DNA from: Macrostomum hystrix
Taxonomy: Eukaryota; Animalia; Platyhelminthes
Reading direction: 5' to 3'
NCBI GenBank assembly: GCA_950097015.1
Contig: CATNEN010000039.1
Span: forward strand, 12,834,001-12,898,000
DNA length: 64,000 nucleotides
Shown here: positions 1-11,107 of the stretch, one piece after another
Numbering within the stretch: the first letter of the stretch is position 1
How the letters are laid out: each line of letters begins with the position of its first letter
Translations under genes and position numbers: made by a program
Notes under the pieces: model-generated
What the model was told of the DNA's origin: nothing
Seen by the model: only the letters and a program-made list of their open reading frames with translations
The model's database searches: none

Positions 1-952
1 TTTGTTTGGGGATGATTGGCAGAGCATTTCATTAAGGATAAGCGTATAAGCTGTCTTTGTTTGGGGATGATTGGCAGAGCATTTCATTAAGGATAAGCGT
101 ATAAGCTGTCTTTGTTTGGGGATGATTGGCAGAGCATTTCATTAAGGATAAGTGTATTAGCTGTCTTTGTTTGGGGATGATTGGCAGAGCATTTCATTAA
201 GGATAAGCGTATTAGCTGTCTTTGTTTGGGGATGATTGGCAGAGCATTTCATTAAGGATAAGCGTATTAGCTGTCTTTGTTTGGGGATGATTGGCAGAGC
301 ATTTCATTAAGGATAAGCGTATTAGCTGTCTTTGTTTGGGGATGATTGGCAGAGCATTTCTTTAAGGATAAGCGTATTAGCTGTCTTTGTTTGGGGATGA
401 TTGGCAGAGCATTTCATTAAGGATAAGCGTATAAGCTGTCTTTGTTTGGGGATGATTGGCAGAGCATTTCTTTAAGGATAAGCGTATTAGCTGTCTTTGT
501 TTGGGGATGATTGGCAGAGCATTTCATTAAGGATAAGCGTATTAGCTGTCTTTGTTTGGGGATGATTGGCAGAGCATTTCATTAAGGATAAGCGTATTAG
601 CTGTCTTTGTTTGGGGATGATTGGCAGAGCATTTCTTTAAGGATAAGCGTATTAGCTGTCTTTGTTTGGGGATGATTGGCAGAGCATTTCATTAAGGATA
701 AGCGTATAAGCTGTCTTTGTTTGGGGATGATTGGCAAAGCATTTCATTAAGGATAAGCGTATTAGCTGTCTTTGTTTGGGGATGATTGGCAGAGCATTTC
801 TTTAAGGATAAGCGTATTAGCTGTCTTTGTTTGGGGATGATTGGCAGAGCATTTCTTTAAGGATAAGCGTATTAGCTGTCTTTGTTTGGGGATGATTGGC
901 AAAGCATTTCATTAAGGATAAGCGTATTAGCTGTCTTTGTTTGGGAATGATT
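1..952. repeat. 55-bp tandem repeat, ~17 copies (runs off window start)
   Basis: Unit tttgtttggggatgattggcagagcatttcattaaggataagcgtattagctgtc, repeated with few substitutions. Confidence 0.97.
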
Positions 953-1250
953 GGCGGAGCGGTTAACTCGTTTGCCTCTGGCACCAATGTCCCTGAGCTC
1001 GATTCCGCAGCGAGGTCTCCTTGTTTTAGACGCAGCCGCGGAGAAAAGCAGCATTTTGTGCAATTTAGGACTTTCAGGTCGAAACTCCAAGGCTATACCT
1101 CCAAGCCAGGAAAGTCAGGGTAGATGTACACACCTGTGTCAGTGTGTACCTGCGTACGGTATCTGTGTGTGAGCTGTGTGTGCAGGTGTGCACAGGAGTC
1201 AACGCAATGGACAGAATGGGCAGCCTCTCGCTGGCTGCTTTAACTAACTG
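944..1250 (+). mobile_element. tRNA-derived SINE, copy 1
   Basis: Pol III A-box tggcggagcgg and B-box-like gagctcgattcc; body (cgcagccgcgga, gaaagtcaggg, gatgtaca, tctcgctggctgc) shared with copies at 1338-1560 and 14385-14670. Confidence 0.7.
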
Positions 1251-1337
1251 TCATCCAATGGTGTGCCAGTGCCAACAGCCATCAAGCGATCAATATTATT
1301 TTTTGTCCTTGATAAGATGATTTTATAATCCACACGC

Positions 1338-1560
1338 TCACACAGGTACGTACATCCGCCCTGACTTTCTCATCGCCAGGCAGTGTACACTTATACTGTG
1401 CCTTGAAGGCTGGCCCTCAAGGACTAGGTGAGTGCACGATTGCACGACAAGCTCCCAAGCCCTCCCTCCGCGGCTGCGCCCTGAATGTTGCCTTGCCGCA
1501 GAATCGAGCTCGGGGACCTTGGTACGGGAGGCAAACGCGTTAACCGCTCTGCCACTGACC
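1338..1560 (-). mobile_element. tRNA-derived SINE, copy 2 (inverted relative to copy 1)
   Basis: Minus strand: gtggcagagcggttaacgcgtttgcctc...gagctcgattc...ctgcctggcgatgagaaagtcagggcggatgtac. Confidence 0.7.
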
Positions 1561-1738
1561 TCCCCGTTTTTCATATTTTTTTGTTTGTGAACTTCAGGTA
1601 ACATAAAAAAGTGTTACAAAAGCAGCTGAATGTCTGATCAGAGCATTCTATATACCTGTTGTGACGCCCAAGCCTGGGGACTGCACTTGCAATGACAATA
1701 CGGCTGAGTTTTAATCTTGATGAGTTGGCTAGCTCTGT

Positions 1739-2880
1739 TATACTTCGGGTGTGTCATAAGTAATGTCACTGAGGGTAAAACAGACCAACTAACAATCCCA
1801 GATGAACGAAACTGTATCAATCAACAACATAGTGTCCCCCAATATCAATCACCCTCTGGCAGTGCTCGTACAGCTTCTCTACCTCAGCCTGCAGGTGTTT
1901 TTCCTCCAGCTGTCGGAACCAGTGCAACGCGGCTTCTTTGACCTCATCATGGTTTGCGAAACTTCTCTGGGAAAAGTCTGCCTTCAGCCATTTAAAGAGA
2001 AACTTGTCGCACAAGTTGAAGTCTGGGCTGTAGGGACTCTGCCAGAGCAGATTTACTCGCCGTCCAGCCAGAAAATCCGAAACAGCCCACCTGCCACAGA
2101 ACTTCGTTCAGGTGAATCGGGTTTGACCGGAGCGTGCGCCAGAGGTTCCCAGTGTGTCGGACAAAGTCGATGAAGTACTGGCCATCGACCTTGGTGTTTG
2201 GCGGAGTTGTACAGATGGAGACTCGTTTGTTTGGCGTGAATGCCACCAGCAGCATGGTCTTCTTGTCTGAGATGGACCTCCTGGTCACAGTCAGCCTGGA
2301 GTCCCCAGCTCCCAGCCAGCAGCGATTGTCTGCCTTGCTGCTTTTGCCATCCAGGTGGAGCCAGGTCTCATCCTCAACAACCAGGAAATTTAGGATGTCA
2401 TCCAAGCCCCGGCTGCTGAACACCTTGCGGATCTGATTGGCGCAGTTCACACGGGCCTGACGTTGGTCCGCAGTGAGGTCATGGGCACCCAGACCGAGCA
2501 GACGTTTCGGAGATGGAGATCCTCTGTCAAGATGCGATGGACTGTCTTGAAATCAATCTCCAAGCAGTCCGCTAGCTCCCTGACAGACTGCCGCGGGTCT
2601 TCCTTGACCAGGTCGCTGATGACTTCGATGTTCTCTATTGTCCTGGTTGAACATGGTCGTCCAGATCTGGCGGCATCTCCCAATTCGAACCCAGGATCAG
2701 TAAAGTTCTGAAACCACCTGTAAATTGTCCTGCGAGTTGGGCAGTTGTCTGGCAGTGTGTTCCGGAGATCCTTCTCTACTTCAAGTGCAGATTTTCCAAG
2801 CTTGAAGCGAATGAAAGCGTAGAACTGGATGTGCGTCTTGTCGTGATTCATGTTGAGTTTTGCTCGTTGCAAAAAGAAGA
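1739..2880 (-). pseudogene. Mariner (Tc1/mariner) transposase pseudogene
   Basis: HTH region IYRWF...RSGRP, WVP(H) with a 1-bp frameshift near 2482, DETW, and SPYSPDFNLCDKFLF in another frame. The second-Asp (HDNARPH-type) motif is deleted near 2090. A mariner-like end (tacttcgggtgtgtcataagtaatg) sits at ~1741; no partner TIR seen. Confidence 0.9.
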
Positions 2881-3465
2881 TTTCATCGCGTTGCGCTTGC
2901 TAAATCTGATTAACAAATTCTTGCGACAGTTTTGGCCATAGACATTAAAATTGCTGCTGAGGTGTGGTGGCAACTTCTCAATAAATGTACTTTCAGACTA
3001 TAATATATAGTGTATTCTGTGGTAAATCTCTAGTCTACGGCCAAGGGCGCGAGTACTATTAAGACTTAGGCCATTTCAATACCGAAGGTTAAGAAGGGAA
3101 ATTTTTTGTTTTCATTGTCAGCTCATGGTCATGCATGTTCTCTAGGTTCATTCGATAGGATAATATTAGCTGCTAGGTGACTTGGATTGAGCTTGGCTGC
3201 TTAGCTTGAGAACGAATAAAGGGCGAAGCGATAAAACGGACACAATGGGTCCTAAAATTAGCTAGGCATATAAAAAATTAATGTACATTTCAACGCCAAC
3301 AGCTTTGAATGCAGAATTAGTAGATATACCCGTACTAGCCTCGCAAAGTGCAGTCCCGTGAAGAAGACCGCTTAAAGGACGCAAGGACCGCCTTAACTGT
3401 CAAACCGAGCCAAGCAAAGCAACGCCCTGCGGTGTGTGAAGCGAGCACATTGTGTCTCTTGAAGC

Positions 3466-6449
3466 ATGGTATTCGTCCTGACGTTAATCCTGCTGCCTCT
3501 GGTGTTAGTTCCCAGCGCTGCTACCGTTGTCAGCTATCTGCGACGCCGAACGCTGCGCCAGAGTCTGAACTGCCGGCGTCAGAAGAAGCGACGCCAACTT
3601 GCTGAAGCCAAGGTTGGATTCGCCGCGAGGCTTGAGCCGATGTCCGAGGAGGAGCTACGATCGATTCTGGACTGCGGCACAGCGCCGGAACTTCTACACC
3701 GACTGCGTGACGGTGTGGCCTTATTAATGCACTGCGACTAAAGTGACCTTCCTGTAGACTTGAAAGATTTCCATAGACTTGAAAGACTTTATTCTATGGC
3801 CTAATCATTGCGTCACGATTATTACGTACAGCTCGTACATCTTCAAAGTAGTATTTAAAGATTGGCCATTAGACGAAGTTTTTGTGTTAAGAAAAAACAC
3901 AAGAGATCAAGATGTGATTCCGGGACTTGTTTAGGCCATAGAATAATGTGTGTGTAGTATGTCTTAGCCTTGAATAATGATCGGTGGAGGCTGTACGTTC
4001 TCCTATGTGTTGAAAGAGGAGTGTCGTCCTCTAGTGGTGGCCGCGATAACAAACCGCCTCACCGCACGCACTAAGGAATGGTGACTAACCGAGTCGAATG
4101 CTTTCATCACATTCAATCGCACTACAGACAAATCCTGACCCGACTGTCGCGCTCTCTGTATAATAGAACGCCGAGTGGCTACAGCGTCGCTCACCCAGCG
4201 GGAGTGTGGGGGCGCAGCGCAGAATTTTTTATCCAAGGCTATGACATACAACACAATCTACGTACCATTACGGGACGGTGATGCTGCTAAGATTGCTGAA
4301 AGAAGGACTTTTGTTGGGACTGTTTGGCACAGTATTTCTGCCCCCCGTCGCTCCACAGGCCGTCTGAAGCCGGACAGGCTGCTACTGGCTTTCAGCACAG
4401 CCGCGCTGGCTGCGGACAAACGCCTCAACTGCGTGTTGGAGTTTCTCGAGCCGTCGCCACAGGCGGACGAGTGCGCCGCTCGTTTGGGACCCCTAGCCGG
4501 ATTGCCAGTCAGCCTCAAGGAGGACCTGCGAGTCTGCGGACACGACAGCTGCGCTGGGTGCGAGCGGGCGTTTTGCCTAGTGACTTTCGTCTTCTTAATT
4601 GAATGCTGACTGCATTACTTAGTTGCATGGTGGTCAGTCGACACAGCTAGAAGGCCTGCAGACAGCTGCGATGGCGCGGGACCGCTCAGGGTGGTCCGTC
4701 GGTCCGTCCTGCAGCGCTGTCTTCTGTTGGGAAGAACGTGGTTCGTCTTGTCATCCGCAGAAACTGTACGGGCCGTGGGATGCCGTCGGGTTGGCGAACC
4801 TCATCGATAGGCAGTTTGGGCCAGAGGTTGCGTTAAATACTTTCGTCTTAGCGGATCGCTGATTTTCAGTTGATTTAAATGTTAAAACGTTGTAGCCAAG
4901 CTGGTTAGAGCTTGGTACTGAAAAGTGCGAGAAGTCTCGTATTGGAATCGCCGCAATGCACTGCGCAACGCATTGAGCTGTTTAAAAAACTGTAAAGTAG
5001 CTGTAATAACCTGCATTCCACGCTGGCAGGTGTGCAGCTTTGGTTGACCATCCGGCCGAGACCGACTGCGGACCGGTGGCTCTGCTGAAGACCCTTGGCG
5101 CAGTGCCTTTCGCTCGCACAATAGTGCCCCAGTCGGAGATGTCCGTCCTGAGCTCGAATCCCATCGATGGTACTGTGCGACATCCGACACACCCGGGGCG
5201 CTGTCCCGGCGGTAGCAGCAGCGGAGAAGCCGCCCTGGTCGCTTCCGGTGGCTCCCCGCTCGGCTTCGGCACGGACGTTGGAGGCAGTGTCCGCCTGCCC
5301 GCGGCCTGGTGCGGTTGCGTCGGCTTCAAGCCGACCCACGGCCGACTGGCGGGGCTCGGGTTCACGCCAGCCGTCAGTGGACAGCGCCTGGTGCCGCCAA
5401 CCTGGGGCCCGCTGGCCCCCGATGTGGCTACCATTCGGCTGGTGATGGCAGCAATGTGCCAATCAGGGAGTCAGCAGTATCACATGCAGGTGATAGGATG
5501 TTTTTTGGTTTGCTGGTCGAATTCGGTATCAATTACAAATTGAATTATACCAACCAAGCATCTCCATGGCTAGGCGGAGGTGCCTCCACTTGGATGGGAC
5601 GCCGCCGAAGCGGACTTCGCTTCCAAGCCTGGCAAGCTCCGTATCGGCTATTTTACTGACGGTGGCATCTTCGAAGTGCTGCCCTGCATGCGGCGAGCCG
5701 TGGAAGAGCTTCGAGGCGGTCTGGAGTCCCGTGGCCACATCCTGGTGCCGTGGAATCCGCCATCGGCGCCCTACCTGGAGATATTCATGCGCGCAATGTT
5801 CTCCGACGGTGGCTGCCGATTGCTGAACATCATGGAGGGCGACGAGGAGTCCTCCGCGGTCCGTTACAAGCTCGCAACCCTGCGCTCGCCAGCTTGGCTC
5901 CGCTGGCTTCAGGCCAAGCAAGCTGCGGCGTCTGGCCGGCTCAGTGCGGCGCTCTGGCTCAGGAGCTCGATAGGCGTCGAAAGTGTCGACAGTCTGTGGT
6001 CGCTGACGCAAGAGCTGGAAGAGACGCGACAGCTCTTCTACACCGCTTGGCACGAATCTGGCTTGGACGTGCTGATCTGCCCGGCGGGCGGCACACCGGC
6101 CGTTCACCTGAACCCCAGCGGCAGCTTCACAGGCGCCCTGATTCACTTAAACATGTTCAACACGCTAAACTGCCCAGCCGGCACTGTGCCAGTGACAAAA
6201 GTCAGCCGGACGGATGTGATGTTGGCAGCCACAGGCGGGTATCCAATAAGGAAGTCCGGCTGGCACAGGACGCTGGCTTCAATGCACGGCGATGACGCCA
6301 TCGGCCTGCCCGTAGCGGTGCAGTGCGTAGCTCTGCCCTGGCGAGATGAGCTCTGTCTGCGCCTCATGGCGGAGGTTGAGGCGGTGGTCGCGGAACCGGA
6401 TTTCGATACGGAGGCCAGTATAAAAAGTTCGTTGAAAAAAAGTTTTTGA
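3466..6449 (+). CDS. FAAH: Fatty-acid amide hydrolase-like amidase-signature enzyme, 4 exons
   Basis: Predicted exons 3466-3712, 4359-4557, 5030-5489, 5574-6449, all GT-AG and phase-compatible. N-terminal hydrophobic anchor; GLPVSLKED (catalytic Lys), PGGSSSGE, GTDVGGSVRLPA (nucleophile Ser), GLPVAVQCVALPWRDELCLRLM. Confidence 0.9.
4040..4200 (-). mobile_element. Non-LTR retrotransposon RT fragment (R2-like) in FAAH intron 1
   Basis: ARQSGQDLSVVRLNVMKAFDSVSHHSLVRAVRR resembles the RT LDxxKAFDSVSH motif. Confidence 0.65.
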
Positions 6450-7710
6450 AAATGCAAGTTTTCTCCTTTAAAAACCTTAGAAACCGTCTTTAAAGACTTT
6501 ATTGTAAGGTAGATTTTTTCCGATTAACAGTCTAACAAACTTTTTATGTTCTAATAGACGTTAAATTTGCTTAATCCGCGCTTGTCAACTTCAATAACAT
6601 TGAATTTAGCCAGATCTATAGCTGTTCGGTCCGTTTACTGTGTCTGAGCAACACAATTCGATCTGACCAAAGGCGGTCAAAAAATATTTCCAAGAAAAGT
6701 CGAAAGCGTATTTTTTAATCGTAAAACTGTTTGATTTTCGTAGCGCACTGATAGAACTAATTCTATGCTAGCTCGTATTTTGTGTCAGACAGCGAGAGCA
6801 ATGTTAACGTGTAGTAAATAATAAAAGAAACTGTTTATTGTAACTTGTGCTAGCGAGACAGCGGGTGAGACAGAAGAGCTGGAAACGCAGCTTGTAAAAA
6901 GTTTTTCTTCGGACTTTTTCGCAGAAGAATTCGATTTGAAGTGCATTGTGTTTTCTTGCTGCATTCTCGAAAATGTGATGCGTAAAATCGTAGTTTAAAA
7001 TGCACACTTATTTTAGACTACTGCAAGTAGTCAGTCTTGTATTTTACGGAATAAAATACGGACAGAATAATCGTAAAAGTCATGCGCGTAAAGTCATTAA
7101 AGGCATCAAGAATTTAATGCATGAGACTGGGGACATCATAAGTCTGCTTAGCTATGTATTGATATATTAGATGCTATAAAGCTGCAGTACCAAATCAAGC
7201 TTCTAAGCGCAGTTTGCCCACGGATAGCTTATTCAGTATTAAATTTAGTTAAGCTTAATACGAGTTAATTGCCCTACCCGCAGTGTCTCGGCATCACACT
7301 TCTGTTTGCATTGCTGCGGACAAATTTTGAAACTCAATTTAGCATGCACGTTGTGAAAGGAAAGATCTATGTGAAAATCCAATGCTGGTATCCAAGGCAA
7401 AAATCCCGGCGACTCAATCAACAAGCTGCTTTCTTTGAGTATGACAGGAGTCGAAGCACTTTTTCCAGACAGGTGCCGTCGTACTATATATTGTCTTGCT
7501 GGCGATTTTGGGCACTTTGAAAATTGTTTGCGCCTCTTGCCCATGGACAGCTGAAGTTTGCAACGAAAATTTAGTCTGGGCATGCTGGAATACATTAGTA
7601 GTGCACATAGATCAGTAGATCAGTAGATCATAGATCAGTAGTAATAGATTAGTAGCCGCTTCTCAGCTCGCTAACAACAACTGAATTTTATGAAGGTCGA
7701 GTAAGAATTT

Positions 7711-7781
7711 TATTCCTACACGAAAACTCGCGTGTCTAGGCCAAAAATACGCATAGACGCACTCGTTTTCGTGCAGGAATA
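7711..7781. repeat. ~70-bp hairpin / mini inverted repeat abutting the Tc1-like TIR
   Basis: tattcctacacgaaaac...gttttcgtgcaggaata inverted arms, with inner gtgtcta/tagacgc pairing. Confidence 0.7.
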
Positions 7782-8678
7782 TATTGCTTTTGTCGCGCTA
7801 TGTGGAATAGTGGACATGCAAAACGGAACGGCCCATTGAATTCTATGGCCGAGCGTTTGAATTCACATGAGAAAGTAAGCCATAGACAACTCAAATTGTC
7901 ATGCTATGTGGAAGGATGAGCCAGAATAGAAGGAACGATTTTAGCTTTTATTTGTAGAAAGTATAAAAGCAAGCAGAAGCAGAATTGCATTCAAGTGAAT
8001 CTTATTATAAGTCTGAAATTGAAGCATCAGTTACAAAATTTGAACCCCTAAAACAGATGTCGCTGCAAACACAATCCAAACAATCGATTGCAGCGCAGCT
8101 CCCAGCCAGCGCACATGTCAGCAGTGATTGCTTGACCAACAGCTTCAGTCGCCTCTCGTTCAAGTAGCATGAATCTCCACTGCTCAAGTAACACTCCTTC
8201 TGGTGGAAATTGCTCATCTTCAACTATGCCGGCTTCCGCCAAACGGTTTTTGAGATTTGACTTCAACGCAGAGTTAGTAAATTCGGTCGGGTTTAGAAAT
8301 TGTGAATACGGGGGTAGGATTCGTGTCGTAATTCTGTCCCGATGGTTCTCTCGGATCTCCACATTACGATGCAAATTTGGGCCATCCATAAAAATTATCC
8401 AGTTTCTGGTAGGGTCCAGTTGATGTCAGCGGTCTGCTAGGTGGTCTAAAAATTCTTGAAACCTTTGCTGCGTTTGGCCAAGAAAATGAAAGCGTGTTGT
8501 TGTCTCTGTGAAAAGCGAAAATCGTTCCTTCTATTCTGGCTCATCGTTCCACATAGCATGAAAATTTGAGTTTTCTATGGCTTACTTTCTCATGTGAATT
8601 CAAACGCTTGGCCATAGAATTCCATGGGCCGTTCCGTTTTGCATGTCCACTGTTCCACATAGCGCGACAAAAGCAATA
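7782..8678 (-). mobile_element. Internally deleted Tc1/IS630-type DNA transposon with ~160-bp TIRs
   Basis: TIRs ~7782-7942 and ~8517-8678 (tattgcttttgtcgcgctatgtggaa... / ...ttccacatagcgcgacaaaagcaata), TA ends; internal ORF 8048-8389 IMDGPNLH...LPPYSQFLNPTE is a DDE C-terminal remnant. Confidence 0.88.
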
Positions 8679-9061
8679 CTACATGTATTGGTAGACTCTG
8701 TAGTAATTCCTCGAAATGATATGATGACTACAACATTTTACTTCCTGACTTACTTCTGACCAAACTCCTGTTCACATCAACAATCGGAACTATTCTGCTT
8801 GCGGAAATAAAAAACCAAGAGAAGTTAATATTTGATGTCTCTGTGTCTAAAACGAAGTTCCGATTGTTTGACTTAAAAAGTACGAGTTTTGGTCCGAATC
8901 GGAGGTAAAAACTAGTTTTTAGCCCCAGAAATCTTAAGAGAAACACAATAAACTTAATCCAAAAGCTAAAGTTTTCGTTACGCTTTGTGTTCAGTTCAAA
9001 ACTTCTCAACTCAGTTCAAATCCTCTCAGTTGATTAGTTGCTACGAGCTGAGTAGGGCAGC

Positions 9062-11107
9062 TCAGGGAATCTCCAGCATCAGCCGGATGCTTCTCAGCAT
9101 TCGACGAGTCGAGTCGGGCGCCGCGTAGCGCCACTGCATAAAGCGCTCGTTGTCGCCATTGTTGTTGATCTCCGACAAGTTAAAGTAGCCGTTAGGATTC
9201 ACGAATGTGCAGCTGCTAAACCACCAGCCAGCGTTGCCATCCTGCTTCGAGCAGGCGGTGTTGGGCCCGGCGTTCATTGCCGAGAACAACAGGTTGTTGT
9301 TGTAGGACAGCGACTCGCCGGTGGTGTTGGAGCTGCCGAGCAGGTAGCCGCTGACGCTTAGCTTGTACTGCAAGCTGGCATTGGCAACGGAGAAGCTAGA
9401 GTACTCGCAGATGTACAGCTGGTTGTTCTGCAGATTCAAAGCCTCGACGCGAAGCAGACGAGGTGTCGCGCCCGTCAGGTAGTGAATTGTCTTCAGACCT
9501 TGGATAGTTTCAAGAACAATTTACAGGAGTATATTTTTACAGCGATGCATAACTTGAAAATAAGACAGCTCATGCTAGTACCGATCCAGAAGTTCTCGCT
9601 ATCACCAAAGCCGTTCTCGTATTCGGAATAGTTCCTAGCGAAGCTGTACTTGTCGCTCACGCGCTGTTGAATCACGCAGAATCTGCGGCTTCCAATCATC
9701 AAGGTGCAGTTAGTAAAAGCGTTGCCAGGCGCCGGTGGCGCGTCTGAGACGAGGATGGGGAGGGACAGAAAGTTTTTCTTCTTTTAAAAGCTAAAAGCGA
9801 GAAGCAAATTCATGTAAGCAAATACAGTTAAAACGGGGACAATGAAAACTCCCTCAAGCAAGCAATCGAGGAGCAACCACAGCGGATTATGTTTGCCAAG
9901 CGGTCGGACTTCAAAATACTATCAAAGTAGCTTTGGCCAGCGTTGTTTGTAATCGCTGAGCACGATTTGTGACTGTGTAATTGTCAACTTGCTTGTGGCT
10001 TCGCAAATTAACACAATTAATGTTTTTGAAATGTACGAGTATGATACCTTATGAACCTAAATCGACATAGCTCGTAGAAGAGAAATTGTTCCCAGCCCAG
10101 TTCAAGTCCCGACAATCAAAACGGGACTCTATAGACATTCAAGCTAGGCAACAGACTCAGGCTGCTTAGAAATGCACGACCATAGAATATGGTTTGGACA
10201 TACGAGTAGAAATCAAAATGTAGTCTATGACCAAGCCTCCCACCGAAGACTTTGCCGGATTGGGTGCGGTCTGTGGTCTAGCTTGAATGTCTGTGGAGTC
10301 CCGTTTAGATTGTCCGAATTTCCATTTAGATTGACAAAAGCGACATTGCAAGCGCTTTGAGTATATACTTTTGAGTATGAGTATACAAGTACGTAGAGAA
10401 TGTGTTATCCCTACGACCCCAACACGCGATGCTAGTATTACGTGCAGTTTTGAGACATGAGCACATGATGGGTCAGCATACACTGCAGACTGCTTTTAAT
10501 CAGCTAATGGTAGAGAAATATCGCAAACAGAAAAAAACATTTCGCCTGGGGCAGTGACACAGTTTCAATTTGTGACTGGAAAGTCACCTAACATGTACTG
10601 CATTAAATACATCATTCGATGGTAATGCTTCACTCTATGCAGGGTATTCATCCAAGCCAAATTTAGAGTCAGATCGATTTTGTTCCGAGAGCTCACCGAC
10701 TGGACCTCTGTAGACCTCGACGCCTCCCAGAGCTGCGACCGATGCGAAGTCGAAGGTCCGATTGGCAGAGCGAATGCAGAGTCCAGCCGCAGTCGAGAAT
10801 GCCCAGGATCTGCAGCCCGTGCCGTCCGCTGCGGCTGCCATGCAGAGCGTAGAGCACTCGATGGCGCTGCGAGCTGCCACCGAGACAGCTGGCGCTGGTG
10901 CCGAGCTGCTCGAACCTCCCGTATTGTCCACGAAGAACTCTAGGGTACGTTAGAATACACGAACAATTAATTATGTTGGGTTTATATTATTTTGTCGCAA
11001 GGAGCGTCAAATAGCTTACCAGTCCCAGTGAAAGTCCAAGCAGGCTGGCAGTACGCTTGACTGCCAAACAGAATGAGTATGCTCACGATCTTTACAGCGT
11101 TGGCCAT
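9062..11107 (-). CDS. Secreted fibrinogen-related protein with N-terminal PAN/apple-like domain, 4 exons
   Basis: Predicted exons 11107-11020 (signal MANAVKIVSILILFGSQAYC), 10939-10697 (SAIECSTLC...CRSWAF...C, PAN-like), 9743-9581 (VIQQR...YENGFGD..NFWIG), 9498-9062 (LKTIHYLT...AGWWFSSC...NPNGY); all phase-1 GT-AG introns. Confidence 0.85.

Noticed and set aside
950-1010. tRNA gene
   Set aside because: A/B boxes are present, but no complete cloverleaf is evident and the sequence continues into a shared SINE body.
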